Shown one piece after another: positions 63,002 through 64,000 of a stretch of 64,000 bases of DNA. The notes beneath the pieces were generated by a model, which was not told where the DNA came from, did no database searches, and saw only the letters and a list, made by a program, of their open reading frames with translations. The stretch is taken from the NCBI GenBank assembly GCA_963693365.1, contig CAVNZM010000014.1, positions 2,170,001 through 2,234,000 of the forward strand, read 5' to 3'. Position 1 is the stretch's first letter. Every line of letters starts with the position of its first letter. A program made the translations under genes and the position numbers. Source of the DNA: Amoebidium appalachense (Eukaryota > Protista > Ichthyosporea).

Positions 63002-64000
63002 ACGCGCACACGCGAGTGTGCGCATGAGTGCGTGTATGTGCGTGCGCACACACGCGTGCGTGCATCTGTGTGCTTGCGTGCATGCATGTGTGCCATTGTG
63101 TGTGTCTTGCATGTCTGTGTGTGTTTGTGTGCCTCCGTGTGTGTTTTTGTGCGTGCTGTGTGACTGTGCATGTGCCATAGTGCATGCATATCAAATGGTG
63201 GTATTTCATGTGTATACCATTCATACCACTGGTCAGGTCCGTGAGTTAGCAACACAACGTGGATAAAAATGACCCATCATCCTAAGATTCTTGTTGCCAT
63301 GTTCCATTTCAGACCACCAGTGTGTAGCCCACTATGACTTCTTTCTGCTTTCAGTGACTGGACTTAAGAATTCCGTGTTCACCTCCCATGAGTTTAGACT
63401 CGCCCTGCCCTCCATCATCCCCCCCCCCCCCCCCCCCCCTTCTCCCCCTTCTCCTCCCCCCCCCCCCCTCCCCCCCCCCCCCCCCCCCCTCTTCCGGCAC
63501 TCCTCCCCGTGTCCAGCCCAGTTATCAGACAACATTACGAAAGGGTATGACTGCTCTCTGAGCTTGTGAAGTGAATTCAGTGGGAGAAGGGGGATTGGAA
63601 GGTAGGAGGAGGGGCAAGTGGCCGATAAAAAAAAAAAGGATTTGGGTTTTGCGGTTGGGGCACTTCGTTCTTCGTTTCAAGTTCTTCTTCGGTTCCTTTT
63701 TTTTTTTTTTTTTTTTTTTTTTTGGGATGGGGGGGGGGGGGGGGGGGGGGGGATTAGGAAGATGTAACTACTAGAGGTGTCGAGGGGATGAGATTTGTGG
63801 GGCTCAATGGATGGTTTGGAGAAGGCAGGCTCGAACCCTTTTTCATGTGGGAGGAAAACATTGATTTTTGGTCGGGACGGGCGGCGGGGGGAGAGGGGTG
63901 GGTGGGGCAGGGGAAGGGAGGGGAGGGGAGGGGGGGGGGAGAGGGTTTATGTGTGTTTGAGTATGTGTGTTGGACGGGGAGAGAGGGGGGGATGTGTGTG

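Overview
Eukaryotic genomic DNA with short exons, GT-AG introns and CTAAC/CTRAY-like branch points. Introns are packed with poly(C)/poly(G) tracts and (CA)n, (CT)n, (GGGT)n and (GCGT)n microsatellites, so most entries in the ORF track are repeat artefacts. Manual splicing gives phase-consistent models for the 3' part of YIF1, a complete HOP2, a complete TRM8/METTL1, and a 10-exon gene fusing an N-terminal F-box to a DTW (tRNA acp3U transferase) domain, which lies head-to-head with TRM8. The window also holds an orphan Ser-rich ORF, an EF-hand membrane protein, a secreted ricin-B-type lectin, a disrupted esterase inside long inverted repeats and a decayed membrane-protein retrocopy. Mobile DNA includes a 5'-truncated RNase H LINE nested in a GTGATATCAC-repeat TIR element, several MITEs, and an abundant 5'-truncated retroposon family whose 3' end abuts poly(C). 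The strongest novelty candidates are the F-box-DTW/TRM8 pair, the poly(C)-associated retroposon, and introns built from degenerate copies of their own splice junctions. All calls come from reading the sequence by eye; no database search was run and the organism cannot be named.
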